In this document: positions 18,903 to 28,049 of the stretch, piece after piece
Numbering within the stretch: position 1 is the first letter of the stretch
Layout: each line of letters starts with the position of its first letter
NCBI GenBank assembly: GCA_965261735.1
Contig: OZ253470.1
Coordinates: forward strand, 32,001-96,000
Length of the DNA: 64,000 nt
Origin: Alphaproteobacteria bacterium
GTDB lineage: Bacteria; Pseudomonadota; Alphaproteobacteria; SHVV01
Direction of reading: 5' to 3'
The notes under the pieces: generated by a model
What the model was told of the DNA's origin: nothing
What the model saw: only the letters and a program-made list of their open reading frames with translations
The model's database searches: none
Made by a program: the position numbers and the translations under genes

Positions 18903-19421
18903 ATGGTGGTGACACACAAGGAAGTCGGCCCGAAGCGCTACCGCGAGACCTATGGGCGCTACCTCGAGGACTTCGAGGTCGGCGATGTCTACGAACATCG
19001 CCCGGGGCGGACGATCACCGAGTACGACAATGTCGCCTACACACTGTTGACAATGAACACCCACCCGCTCCACTTCGACAACGCCTACGCCGCCAAGTCG
19101 GAATTCGGCAAACCGCTCGTCAATAGCGCATTGACGCTCTCGCTGGTGACCGGCATGAGCGTGAGCGACGTAAGCCACAAGGCGATCGCCAATCTGGGCT
19201 GGGACAAGGTGCGGCTAACCGCGCCGGTGTTCGTGGGCGACACCGTCTACGCCGAGAGCGAGGTGCTGTCGAAGCGCGAATCCAAGTCGCGCCCGACACA
19301 GGGAATCGTGACGGTTCGCACCATCGGCAAAAAGGACGATGGCACTGTATTCATGGACTTCGAGCGCTCGATGCTGATACCCAAGCGCGGCCACAGTCCC
19401 GAGGACATCGCAGGCTATTGA
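18903..19421 (+). CDS. MaoC-family (R)-specific acyl-CoA hydratase (RipB/itaconyl-CoA hydratase-like)
   Basis: YRETYGRYLEDFEVGD.YEHRPGRTIT..DN, TMNTHPLHFD, ANLGWDKVRL..PVFVGDT, KRESKSRP.QGIV. Confidence 0.85.
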   Translation: MVVTHKEVGPKRYRETYGRYLEDFEVGDVYEHRPGRTITEYDNVAYTLLTMNTHPLHFDNAYAAKSEFGKPLVNSALTLSLVTGMSVSDVSHKAIANLGWDKVRLTAPVFVGDTVYAESEVLSKRESKSRPTQGIVTVRTIGKKDDGTVFMDFERSMLIPKRGHSPEDIAGY

Positions 19422-19521
19422 GCCTCGCCGGCGCTCACACCGCCACGCTCGCTATCGTTTTTGAACGGCGCAGGCTAGACTCCGGGTTGGACTCGGGGCT
19501 CGCCGACAAGGAGATGAAGAG

Positions 19522-20946
19522 ATGAACAGCGCTGTTGAGGCCTACGAGGGCGAAGCAGAGGTCGGCGGCATCGCCAATCAGCTGGCGGACTTCGCCGCGG
19601 GCCTGTCTTTCGACGACATACCCGAGACCGTGCGCACCCGCGCCAAGCATCTCGTTCTCGATGCGGTCGGCATCGCCCACGCCTCGGGGCCACACGATTT
19701 CGCGCAGGTGACGCTGAAGAGCATCCACGAGCTCGGGGGCGACGGCGACTTTCCGGTGATCGGGACCAAGCTGCGCCTCCCGGTGCGCGACGCGGCGTTC
19801 CTCAACGGTCTCCTCATTCACGGCCTCGACTTCGACGACACGCACACGCCGGGCGTCATCCATACGACGACGAGCACCTTCCCGAGCGCTCTAGCGGCGG
19901 CGGCGCTCGCCGGCGCGAGCGGGCGCGAGATGCTGACGGCCTACATCATCGGCGTCGAGGCCGCATCGCGCCTCGCCACGGTGGTCAAGGGCGCCCTGCA
20001 TCAAATCGGCTTCCATCCGACGGGCGTCATGGGCGCCTTCGGTTGCGCTCTCGTGGCCGGCCGCCTGCTTGGCCTCGATCGTCATCAGCTGGCGATGGCA
20101 CAGGGCATCGTACTCAGCGCCGCGTCCGGCAGCCTGGAGTTCCTCGAGGACGGCGCGTGGACGAAACGTTTTCATCCTGGATGGGCGGCGGTGGCGGGTA
20201 TTACCGCGGCCAAGCTTGCCAGCGACGGCTTCGTCGGCGCGACCCGCCCCTACGAGGGCCGCTTCGGGCTCTACAACGCCTACCTCGACGAAAAGGGCGC
20301 GGCCGGCTGCGATCTCAGCATCGCGACCGCAGGCCTGGGCTCGTCCTGGGAGCTATCCAACGTGGCCATCAAGCCGTTCCCGGCGTGCCATTTCACGCAC
20401 GGGTGTATCGATGCCGCGCTCAAGCTCCATAACGATCACGGAGTCCGGGGCGATGCGATAAAGCACGTGCGCGCGCTGGTGCCCCAGGAGGTGGTGAAGG
20501 CCGTATGCGAGCCGGTGGCCAACAAACGCCGTCCCGCCAACACCTACGACGCCGAGTTCAGCATCCCCTTCCTCGTAGCGGCGGCCCTCACCCGCGGCAA
20601 GTACACGCTCGATGAGCTCGATGATGAATCGCTGAGGGATCCGGCCATCCTCGCCATCGCCGACAAGGTCGACTACGAGATCGATCCCAACTCCGGTTTC
20701 CCCAAATACTATTCGGGCGAGGTCATCGTCGAGACCAACGACGGCCGCGAACTCGGCCAGCGCGAGCACAAGAACCGGGGCTGCTCCGAGAACCCGATCT
20801 CTAACGAGGAGATCGTCGCCAAGTTCGAATCCAACGCGGCCCGCGTGACGTCCGATGCGCGTGTCGCGGCGGTCCGCGAGTTGATCCTGACACTGGATCA
20901 GGGCGCCGAGGCAACGCACATCGGCGACGGCCTGGCGGCGCAGTGA
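19522..20946 (+). CDS. MmgE/PrpD family protein
   Basis: AAFLNG..IHGLDFDDTH, GFHPTG, AWTKRFHPGWAA, EGRFG, IKPFPACHFTH. Confidence 0.92.
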   Translation: MNSAVEAYEGEAEVGGIANQLADFAAGLSFDDIPETVRTRAKHLVLDAVGIAHASGPHDFAQVTLKSIHELGGDGDFPVIGTKLRLPVRDAAFLNGLLIHGLDFDDTHTPGVIHTTTSTFPSALAAAALAGASGREMLTAYIIGVEAASRLATVVKGALHQIGFHPTGVMGAFGCALVAGRLLGLDRHQLAMAQGIVLSAASGSLEFLEDGAWTKRFHPGWAAVAGITAAKLASDGFVGATRPYEGRFGLYNAYLDEKGAAGCDLSIATAGLGSSWELSNVAIKPFPACHFTHGCIDAALKLHNDHGVRGDAIKHVRALVPQEVVKAVCEPVANKRRPANTYDAEFSIPFLVAAALTRGKYTLDELDDESLRDPAILAIADKVDYEIDPNSGFPKYYSGEVIVETNDGRELGQREHKNRGCSENPISNEEIVAKFESNAARVTSDARVAAVRELILTLDQGAEATHIGDGLAAQ

Positions 20947-20964
20947 GCGAAAGGGCGCGCAGAC

Positions 20965-22158
20965 ATGACTGGTGACGCGGCGGCCGGCGATACGCTGAAG
21001 GCGCGCGAGGAGCTATCGAACGAGAGCGAGTCGCTGATCCTCGACAGTATCGACCGCTTTCTCGAGCGCGACGTAAAGCCTTACGTCCACCAGCTCGAGC
21101 ACGACGACACCTACCCCGCCGACATGGCCGATCGCATGAAAGACCTCGGCCTCTTCGGCGCGGTCATCGACCCGGAGTATGGCGGGCTCGGGTTGTCGTC
21201 CCAGACCTACGCCAAGATCGTCGAGCATATCTCGGCCGCGTGGATGTCACTTACCGGGATCTTTAACTCGCACCTCATCATGGCGGTCGCGGTGCAGCGC
21301 TTTGGCACCGAAGAACAGAAGCGGCAGTATCTTCCGCCCTTCGCCAGCGGCGACATCCGTGGCGGCCTCGCGCTGACCGAGCCCGACTGCGGCACCGACC
21401 TGCAGGCGATCCGGACCGTCGCGCGCCGCGACGGCGACGACTACGTCGTCAACGGCAACAAAATGTGGATTACCAACGGCATCCACGGCAGCTGCTTCGC
21501 CCTGTTGGTGAAGACCGATCCCACGGCCGAGCCGCGCCACAAGGGCATGAGCCTGTTGATCGCGGAGAAGGGCGAGGGCTTCAAGGTCAGCCGCAAGCTC
21601 GAGAAGCTCGGCTACAAGGGCATCGATACGGCCGAGCTAGTGTTCGAGGACTACCGCGTGCCTGCCGACCGGCTCATCGGCGGGGTCGAGGGGCTCGGGC
21701 TCAAGCACGCGCTCGCAGGACTGGAACTCGGGCGCATCAACGTCGCGGCTCGAGGGATCGGCGTGGCGCGCGCGGCGCTCGACGAGGCGACCGCCTATGC
21801 CCAGGTGCGCAAGACCTTCGGCAAGCCGATTTGCGAGCATCAATCGATCCAGATCATGCTCGCCGACATGGCGACGCGCGTCGAGGCCTCGCGGCTGCTC
21901 GTGAACTCGGCGGCGCAGGCCTACGATCGCGGCGAGCGTTGCGACATGGAAGCCGGCATGGCCAAGCTGTTCGCCACCGAGGCTGCGCTCGCCAACGCGA
22001 CCGAGGCGATGCGTATTCACGGCGGCTACGGCTTCTCCAAGGAGTTCAACATCGAGCGCTACTACCGCGATGCGCCGCTGCTGGTTATCGGCGAGGGCAC
22101 GAACGAACTCCAGCGCATCATCATTGCCCGCCAGCTCGTCGCCCGTAATCCCGTCTAG
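20965..22158 (+). CDS. acyl-CoA dehydrogenase
   Basis: ALTEPDCGTDL, VNGNKMWITNG, RKTFGKPI, IHGGYG, IGEGTNELQR. Confidence 0.93.
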   Translation: MTGDAAAGDTLKAREELSNESESLILDSIDRFLERDVKPYVHQLEHDDTYPADMADRMKDLGLFGAVIDPEYGGLGLSSQTYAKIVEHISAAWMSLTGIFNSHLIMAVAVQRFGTEEQKRQYLPPFASGDIRGGLALTEPDCGTDLQAIRTVARRDGDDYVVNGNKMWITNGIHGSCFALLVKTDPTAEPRHKGMSLLIAEKGEGFKVSRKLEKLGYKGIDTAELVFEDYRVPADRLIGGVEGLGLKHALAGLELGRINVAARGIGVARAALDEATAYAQVRKTFGKPICEHQSIQIMLADMATRVEASRLLVNSAAQAYDRGERCDMEAGMAKLFATEAALANATEAMRIHGGYGFSKEFNIERYYRDAPLLVIGEGTNELQRIIIARQLVARNPV

Positions 22159-22217
22159 CGAGCGCGCCCGCGCCTGACCTTGTGGCGGGCCGCCGGGGCC
22201 CGTCGGGAGAGCCTTTC

Positions 22218-23405
22218 ATGCTGCCACTTGAGGGACTTCGCGTGATCGCCGTCGAGCAATACGGGGCGGGGCCCTTCGGCACCATGATGCTCGCCGACCT
22301 CGGTGCCGAGATCATCAAGATCGAGAACGCCGAGGACGGGGGCGACTTTGGGCGCCGCGTCGGGCCGCATTTCTTCGATTCCAACGACAGTCACTTCTTC
22401 GAGACCTTCTCGCGCAACAAATTCAGCGTCACGCTCAACTTCCGTGTTCCGGAATCGCGCGAGGTCGTGCGCGACCTGGTACGGACCGCCGATGCCGTCT
22501 ACGACAACCTCCGCGGCGACAAGCCCGCCCAGCTCGGCCTCACCTACGACCAGCTCAAGGACGTGAACCCCAAGATCGTGTGCACCCATCTCGCAGCGTA
22601 CGGGCGCGACACCTCGCGCGCGTCGTGGCCCGGGTTCGACTACCTGATGCAGGCCGAGGCCGGGTATTTCTCGCTCACCGGCGAGCCCGACGGGCCGCCG
22701 GCGCGCATGGGGCTCTCGATCGTCGACCTCATGACCGGGGTCGAGGCGGCGTTTGCCCTGCTCGCCGCGGTGGTTGGGGCGCGCGCGACCGGGGTCGGGC
22801 GCGACATCGACACGAGCCTGTTCGACACGGCGCTGCACAACGTCGGCTACGTCGCCACGTGGTATCTCAACGAGAAGGTGAAGACGGGCCGTGTCGCCCG
22901 CTCGGCCCACCCGTCGCTGACGCCGAGCCAGCTCTACCGGACGGGCGACGGCTGGATTCTCATAATGTGCAACAAGGAGCACTTCTGGGGCGTGCTCGCG
23001 GATAAGGTTGGGCACCCGGAATGGGCCAACGACCCGGAGCTCAACACCCAGGACGCGCGCCTTAGGAACCGCGATCGCATCACCGTCATGCTCGATGAGG
23101 TTCTGTCCGCGCGAACCACCCAGGAGTGGATCGACCACTTCGCCGGTGAAGTGCCCGCGGCACCGGTCAACGACGTCGCGCAGGCGCTCGATAACCCTTA
23201 CGTGCGGGACGAGGGCCGCATCCTCGAGGTGCCCCACCCGGCCCGCGGCACGATACAACTGGTGGCCCCGCCCGTGCGCTGTCCAGGTGAAGAGTTCCCA
23301 ACCCGGCCCGCGCCCGAGCTCGGCGCCGACACCGACCGGCTGTTGCAGGAGATCGGCTACGACGAGGCGAAGATCGCCCGCCTGCGCGAGGCCGGCGCCA
23401 TTTAG
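22218..23405 (+). CDS. CaiB/BaiF (family III) CoA-transferase
   Basis: PLEGLRV, AGPFGTMMLADLGAEIIKIE, RNKFSVTLN, PGFDYLMQAEAG, PAPELGADT. Confidence 0.93.
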   Translation: MLPLEGLRVIAVEQYGAGPFGTMMLADLGAEIIKIENAEDGGDFGRRVGPHFFDSNDSHFFETFSRNKFSVTLNFRVPESREVVRDLVRTADAVYDNLRGDKPAQLGLTYDQLKDVNPKIVCTHLAAYGRDTSRASWPGFDYLMQAEAGYFSLTGEPDGPPARMGLSIVDLMTGVEAAFALLAAVVGARATGVGRDIDTSLFDTALHNVGYVATWYLNEKVKTGRVARSAHPSLTPSQLYRTGDGWILIMCNKEHFWGVLADKVGHPEWANDPELNTQDARLRNRDRITVMLDEVLSARTTQEWIDHFAGEVPAAPVNDVAQALDNPYVRDEGRILEVPHPARGTIQLVAPPVRCPGEEFPTRPAPELGADTDRLLQEIGYDEAKIARLREAGAI

Positions 23406-23443
23406 CGCGCTGCGGCGCGGGAAGACCCAGGGAGAATCGCGAG

Positions 23444-24277
23444 ATGCGCATTAAATTTCTCGACGTCGACGGTATCAATACCCGCGTCATCTTTGCCGGC
23501 GATGAGAAGAAGGACCCGCTCCTTTTTATCCAGGGATTCGGCATCACGGCGGACAGCTGGATGGCCAACATCGATCCCCTGTCCGACGAGTTCTACGTCA
23601 TCGCACCCGACATCGTCGGGCACGGATTCACCGATCCGGTTGATTTCAAGGGACGCCCGCCCCATCCCGCGACCGTCGAGCACCTGTTCAAGCTGATGGA
23701 CACGCTGGGGATCGACAAGTTCTGTCCGAGCGGCAGCTCCTACGGTGCGCTGCTCGGCGCGCTGATGTATTTCGAGGCCCCGGAACGGGTCGACAAGCTC
23801 ATCATCAACGGCAGCGGCTCGTGCTTCAATTCCGAGGCCGAACTTGCCTCTGCTCTGCAGGGCACGCTCAAGAACGCGCGCCAGGCGCTACTGGCGCCGA
23901 CACTGGAATCCTGCCGCCGCCGTATGGGGAATACGGTCTACGACGTGTCCTGCGTGCCCGACGAAATGCTGATTCTTCAGCTCACCGCCTATGCCCAACC
24001 CCACATCGTGCCCGCGTGGGAGGAGGCGATGAAGGGCATGGCGAACATCGAGGCGTCGCGCCCCTATCGCATCCTCGAGCGGCTCGAGCAGCTCGACGTC
24101 GACACCCTCGTGGTATGGGGGCGCGAAGATCCGCGCGGCGTCTACGCGAGCGCGGTCGAGGCGGTGAAGCGGATGCCCCGGGCGCGCCTCGTGACGTTCG
24201 AGAAGTGCGGTCACCTGCCCTACCTCGAATACCCCGAGGCGTACAACGACGCGGTACGCGAATTCCTGAAGTCCTGA
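23444..24277 (+). CDS. alpha/beta-fold hydrolase (meta-cleavage product hydrolase-like)
   Basis: APDIVGHGFTD, GSSYG nucleophile elbow, VWGRED, CGHLPYLE. Confidence 0.85.
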   Translation: MRIKFLDVDGINTRVIFAGDEKKDPLLFIQGFGITADSWMANIDPLSDEFYVIAPDIVGHGFTDPVDFKGRPPHPATVEHLFKLMDTLGIDKFCPSGSSYGALLGALMYFEAPERVDKLIINGSGSCFNSEAELASALQGTLKNARQALLAPTLESCRRRMGNTVYDVSCVPDEMLILQLTAYAQPHIVPAWEEAMKGMANIEASRPYRILERLEQLDVDTLVVWGREDPRGVYASAVEAVKRMPRARLVTFEKCGHLPYLEYPEAYNDAVREFLKS

Positions 24278-24322
24278 CCGTCGGCAATCGATACGCTGGC
24301 GCCGAGCGCGGCGTCCGCGCGC

Positions 24323-25318
24323 CTAAGCGTCCGACTTGGCCCCCGTAGCTGGGGGCTGAGGCACGTGCGCGGCCTCGGCTATGCGCTGGAGGTCCTCGAC
24401 CGAGCGCGCCTTGGGCGCACCCGCCGGCAACAACCCGCGCGGCATGAAGACCATCACCAGGACGATGATGATGCCGTAGAACATGAGGCGGAAACGGGGC
24501 TCGTCGGTCGTCGTCAGCCACGGGACGAAGTAAACGAACGCGCCGCCCAACACCGTTCCCCAGAACGTCCGTAGCCCCCCGAGCAGCACGCCGAGCACGA
24601 ATACGATCGAGAGAAAGACGCTGAACTCGGTCGGTGAGAGCACGGTCACGCGATGGGCGTGAAGGCTGCCGCCGATGCCGGTAATGAAGCCGCCGATTCC
24701 CCACGCCAGCAATTTCGTCCGCTTGACGTTGATGCCCATGGCGCCGGCGACCACCTGGCTCTCGCGGATGGCCTGGAAAGCCAGCCAGAAGCGCGATTTC
24801 TCCAATCGCCAGAGCGCAAAGATCAGAATCACGATAATGGCGAACACGGGCAACGCCGTCGACTTGAGCGGGATACCGACGAAGCCGATCGCGCCGCCGA
24901 GATACTCCGAGTTCAGCCACACGGTGATCAACGCCTCGCCGAACGCGAAGGTGCCGATGGCGAGGTAGAATCCGGTCAGGCGGAGGCCGAGCAGGTAACA
25001 GTAGACGAGGCCGGCGAGCGCGCCGGATACGCCCGAAAGCGGCACGGCGAGCCAGAAGGGCGTGCCGAATTTGACCACCAGCACGGCGGAGCTGTAGGCG
25101 GTGATGCCGACCAGGCCGGCATGCCCGAGCGAGACTTGCCCGGCCGCGAACATGACGAACAGCCCGAGCGTGCTGACGAGATAGACGCCGTAATCGGTGA
25201 AGAGATCGAGCGCGAACGCCCAGGTCAAACCGGAATAGTGCAGGACGAGCCCGCGCCAGGTCGCCGACCAGGTGATGTCGAGCAGACGCTCGAGGATGTC
25301 AGGAGTAACGGGATCCAT
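24323..25318 (-). CDS. livM: branched-chain amino acid-type ABC transporter permease (LivM-like)
   Basis: AGQVSLGHAG, LRLTGFYLAIGT, AIRESQVVAGAMGIN, LGGLRTFWG; multiple TM segments. Confidence 0.88.
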   Translation of the reverse strand: MDPVTPDILERLLDITWSATWRGLVLHYSGLTWAFALDLFTDYGVYLVSTLGLFVMFAAGQVSLGHAGLVGITAYSSAVLVVKFGTPFWLAVPLSGVSGALAGLVYCYLLGLRLTGFYLAIGTFAFGEALITVWLNSEYLGGAIGFVGIPLKSTALPVFAIIVILIFALWRLEKSRFWLAFQAIRESQVVAGAMGINVKRTKLLAWGIGGFITGIGGSLHAHRVTVLSPTEFSVFLSIVFVLGVLLGGLRTFWGTVLGGAFVYFVPWLTTTDEPRFRLMFYGIIIVLVMVFMPRGLLPAGAPKARSVEDLQRIAEAAHVPQPPATGAKSDA

Positions 25319-25324
25319 CGGGTC

Positions 25325-26215
25325 CTACACTTCTCTCTCGACGCGCCCTTCCTCGCCGAACAGGCCGAAGGGCCGGAACATGAGGATCATGACCATTCCG
25401 GAGTAGGCGACGAAGTCGCGGTAGGTCGAGCCACCGAGGCCGACCGCAAGGGACTCCATGATGCCGAGGACAACGCCAATATAGAGGCAGCCCCGCATAT
25501 TGCCGATGCCGGCGACGATGAGAACCACGATGCCTTTGAGCCCGAGGAGCAGGCCCACAAATGGGTAGGTGGAGCCAAAGGCCATCGAGTTCAGGATCCC
25601 GGCGACCCCGGCCAGGCTGGCGCTGATCGCGAAACCCATGACCGTGATGCGGTCGACGTTGATCCCGACACACTTGGCGATGTCGGGGCTCTGGGCGAGC
25701 ACGCGGATCGCCTTGCCTATCGAGCTCCTGCGCAGGAATAGAACCATCCCCAACATGACGCCGACCGACAGCAGGATCAGCACCATCTGGGTGTCGGAAA
25801 TCTCGACATCGCCGACGATCACGTAGTAGGTGGGATCGAACGGGCGCGGAAAGAGTTGGGGCCGGCCCTCCGTGAGGACCGTGACTAGGTTCTCGAGAAA
25901 CAGAGCGCCGCCGAGCGTCGCCACCTTGGTATTCCACCAGTTCCCCCTAAGGGGCCGCACCGTCAGCCGCTCGATTAGGAGGCCCGTGACCATCGCCAGC
26001 GCAATGCCGCCGATAGCCGCGAGCCAGAAATTCTCGAGACCGAGATAGTAGACGAGCAGAACGCCATACGCGCCGATCATCATCGTCGCGCCGTGGGCGA
26101 GGTTGAGCACGTTCATGGTGCCGAAGACGAGATTGAAGCCGATCGCCACGACCGCGTAAATCGCACCGGTGGAGACACCGATGAAAATTTGCTCGGCGAG
26201 GTACCCGATCGGCAT
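25325..26215 (-). CDS. livH: branched-chain amino acid-type ABC transporter permease (LivH-like)
   Basis: GAIYAVVAIGFNLVFG..NVLNLAHG, GKAIRVLAQ...A..VGIN. Confidence 0.88.
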   Translation of the reverse strand: MPIGYLAEQIFIGVSTGAIYAVVAIGFNLVFGTMNVLNLAHGATMMIGAYGVLLVYYLGLENFWLAAIGGIALAMVTGLLIERLTVRPLRGNWWNTKVATLGGALFLENLVTVLTEGRPQLFPRPFDPTYYVIVGDVEISDTQMVLILLSVGVMLGMVLFLRRSSIGKAIRVLAQSPDIAKCVGINVDRITVMGFAISASLAGVAGILNSMAFGSTYPFVGLLLGLKGIVVLIVAGIGNMRGCLYIGVVLGIMESLAVGLGGSTYRDFVAYSGMVMILMFRPFGLFGEEGRVEREV

Positions 26216-26230
26216 GTCCGCGTTCCCTGC

Positions 26231-26974
26231 TCAGCTTCCTAGGTAGGCGTCCTTGAGACGCTCGCCTTCGGCGACCTCGGCGCTGGTGCCGCTGAACTCG
26301 ATGCCGCCGATACGCATGACGTAGGCGCGATCGGCTATCTCCAACGCCTTGTTGACGTTCTGCTCGACGACCAGGATATCGACCCCGTCCTCCTGGTTGA
26401 TGCGCCGAAGCATGTCGAAGATCTCCTTGAGCAATATCGGCGCGAGCCCCAGGGACGGCTCATCGAGAAGCATCAATTTGGGACCCGCCATGAGCCCGCG
26501 GGCGATCGCCAGCTGGCGCTGCTCGCCACCTGACAGTGTCGCGGAGAACTGTTTACGACGCTCATGGAGAACCGGGAACTTGTCGAACAGCTCGTCCATC
26601 TTGCGGCGCACGATCGTTCTGTCACGGTACAGGAACAGGCCGCCCACCTCGAGGTTTTCCTCGACCGTCATGCGCGGCAGAACCACCTGCGCGGAGGGTA
26701 CGTTGGCGATGCCGAGCCGCGCCAGGTTGTGGGTCGCCATACCGGTGATGCGGTGCGTCCTTTCGCCGTCGAAATAGTCGACTGTCCCGGTTGAGGGCGG
26801 GACCAGCCCCATGATCGAGAGCAGGACGCTCGTTTTTCCGGCCCCGTTGGGGCCGAGCAGCGCCACAACTTCGCCGCGGTTGACCACCATCGATACGTCG
26901 GTCGCGGCGACGACCGCGCCATAGCGAACCTCCAGGTTCTCGACCTTGAGGACGGGAATTGCGTCGCTGGCCAT
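26231..26974 (-). CDS. livF: ABC transporter ATP-binding protein (LivF-like)
   Basis: GPNGAGKT, LSGGEQRQLAIARGLM, LLDEPSLGLAP, VEQN. Confidence 0.9.
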   Translation of the reverse strand: MASDAIPVLKVENLEVRYGAVVAATDVSMVVNRGEVVALLGPNGAGKTSVLLSIMGLVPPSTGTVDYFDGERTHRITGMATHNLARLGIANVPSAQVVLPRMTVEENLEVGGLFLYRDRTIVRRKMDELFDKFPVLHERRKQFSATLSGGEQRQLAIARGLMAGPKLMLLDEPSLGLAPILLKEIFDMLRRINQEDGVDILVVEQNVNKALEIADRAYVMRIGGIEFSGTSAEVAEGERLKDAYLGS

Positions 26975-26978
26975 GAAT

Positions 26979-27752
26979 CTAGTCGCCGAGATAGGCCTGG
27001 ATCACGGGGGGATCGTCACGCACGTACTCGGGAGTGCCCTCCGAGATCTTGCGGCCGTAGTTAAGGACCGCTACTTGATCCGAGATCTGCATGACCACTG
27101 ACATCTTGTGCTCGATCATCAGGATCGTCTTGTTGCGCCCCTTGATCTCGTTCTCGATGAGGCCCAGCGTTTCGTTGATCCAAACGGGGTTCATGCCCTG
27201 GGTCGGCTCGTCCATCAGCACGATCTCCGGATCAAGGGCGAGGATGCGGATCATTTCGAGCATGCGCCGCTCGCCGAGCGAGCAGGTGCCTGGATAATCG
27301 TGACGGCGCGGATACAGGCGGCCGCCACCTATCTCGCCGAGCAGCTTCTCCGCGCGATCGCGCACCCGCTTGCGTTCCTCGCGCTCACCGCGCATGCACA
27401 ACAAGGCCTCGACAATGCTCGTCCGGCTGCCCGTGAACTGAGGTAGCTCGCAGTTCTGCAGGATCGTCAGATTGGGGAACAGGCGCGCGCTCTGGAAGGT
27501 GCGGCCGACGCCGAGCTCGGCGACGCGGTGCGGCCCCCACCCCATAATGTCGACGCCGTTGAACATGATCGAGCCGCCGTCGGCGGGCAGCAGCCCCGAG
27601 ATAATGTTGAACAGCGTCGTCTTGCCCGACCCATTGGGACCGATCACGCAAAAGGTTTGTCCCTCGGAAATATCGAGGCTTACCCCGTCCAACGCGACCA
27701 AGCCACCAAAGTGCTTGGTGACACCCGCTATGCTGAAAAACGAAGATGCCAT
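26979..27752 (-). CDS. livG: ABC transporter ATP-binding protein (LivG-like)
   Basis: FGGLVAL, GPNGSGKTT, GRTFQ, MDEPTQGMN, IEHKM, VIQAYLG. Confidence 0.9.
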   Translation of the reverse strand: MASSFFSIAGVTKHFGGLVALDGVSLDISEGQTFCVIGPNGSGKTTLFNIISGLLPADGGSIMFNGVDIMGWGPHRVAELGVGRTFQSARLFPNLTILQNCELPQFTGSRTSIVEALLCMRGEREERKRVRDRAEKLLGEIGGGRLYPRRHDYPGTCSLGERRMLEMIRILALDPEIVLMDEPTQGMNPVWINETLGLIENEIKGRNKTILMIEHKMSVVMQISDQVAVLNYGRKISEGTPEYVRDDPPVIQAYLGD

Positions 27753-28049
27753 AACGCCCCTTCGAGAAAACCCGCTGGACCGGCGAATCGAGCAAGCGCC
27801 AGCGCGGCGCCAACAAACCCACCGGCGCCAGGGCGCCCCGTGGTCGACGCCGCAAACCGCCGCGTCAAAGGCCGATAAAACGCTGTGCTGCGGCCTCCCT
27901 GAGAAGGGCCATTATTGTTTCGCGCCGCGGTGCAGTTCCCAAAACGGGGCGGGCACCCCGGCGCGAGACGCATTCTGCTTACAAGGGGGGGCCATGGCAA
28001 CAGCGAATTGGCGTTGGCCCGATTTCGCCCGTGACGTTGTGCGTACTCG

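Noticed and set aside
27790-27815. Possible sigma-54 -24/-12 element upstream of livG (TGGCGC-N5-TGGC on the minus strand)
   Set aside because: Poor match at -12 and no enhancer-binding protein in the window.
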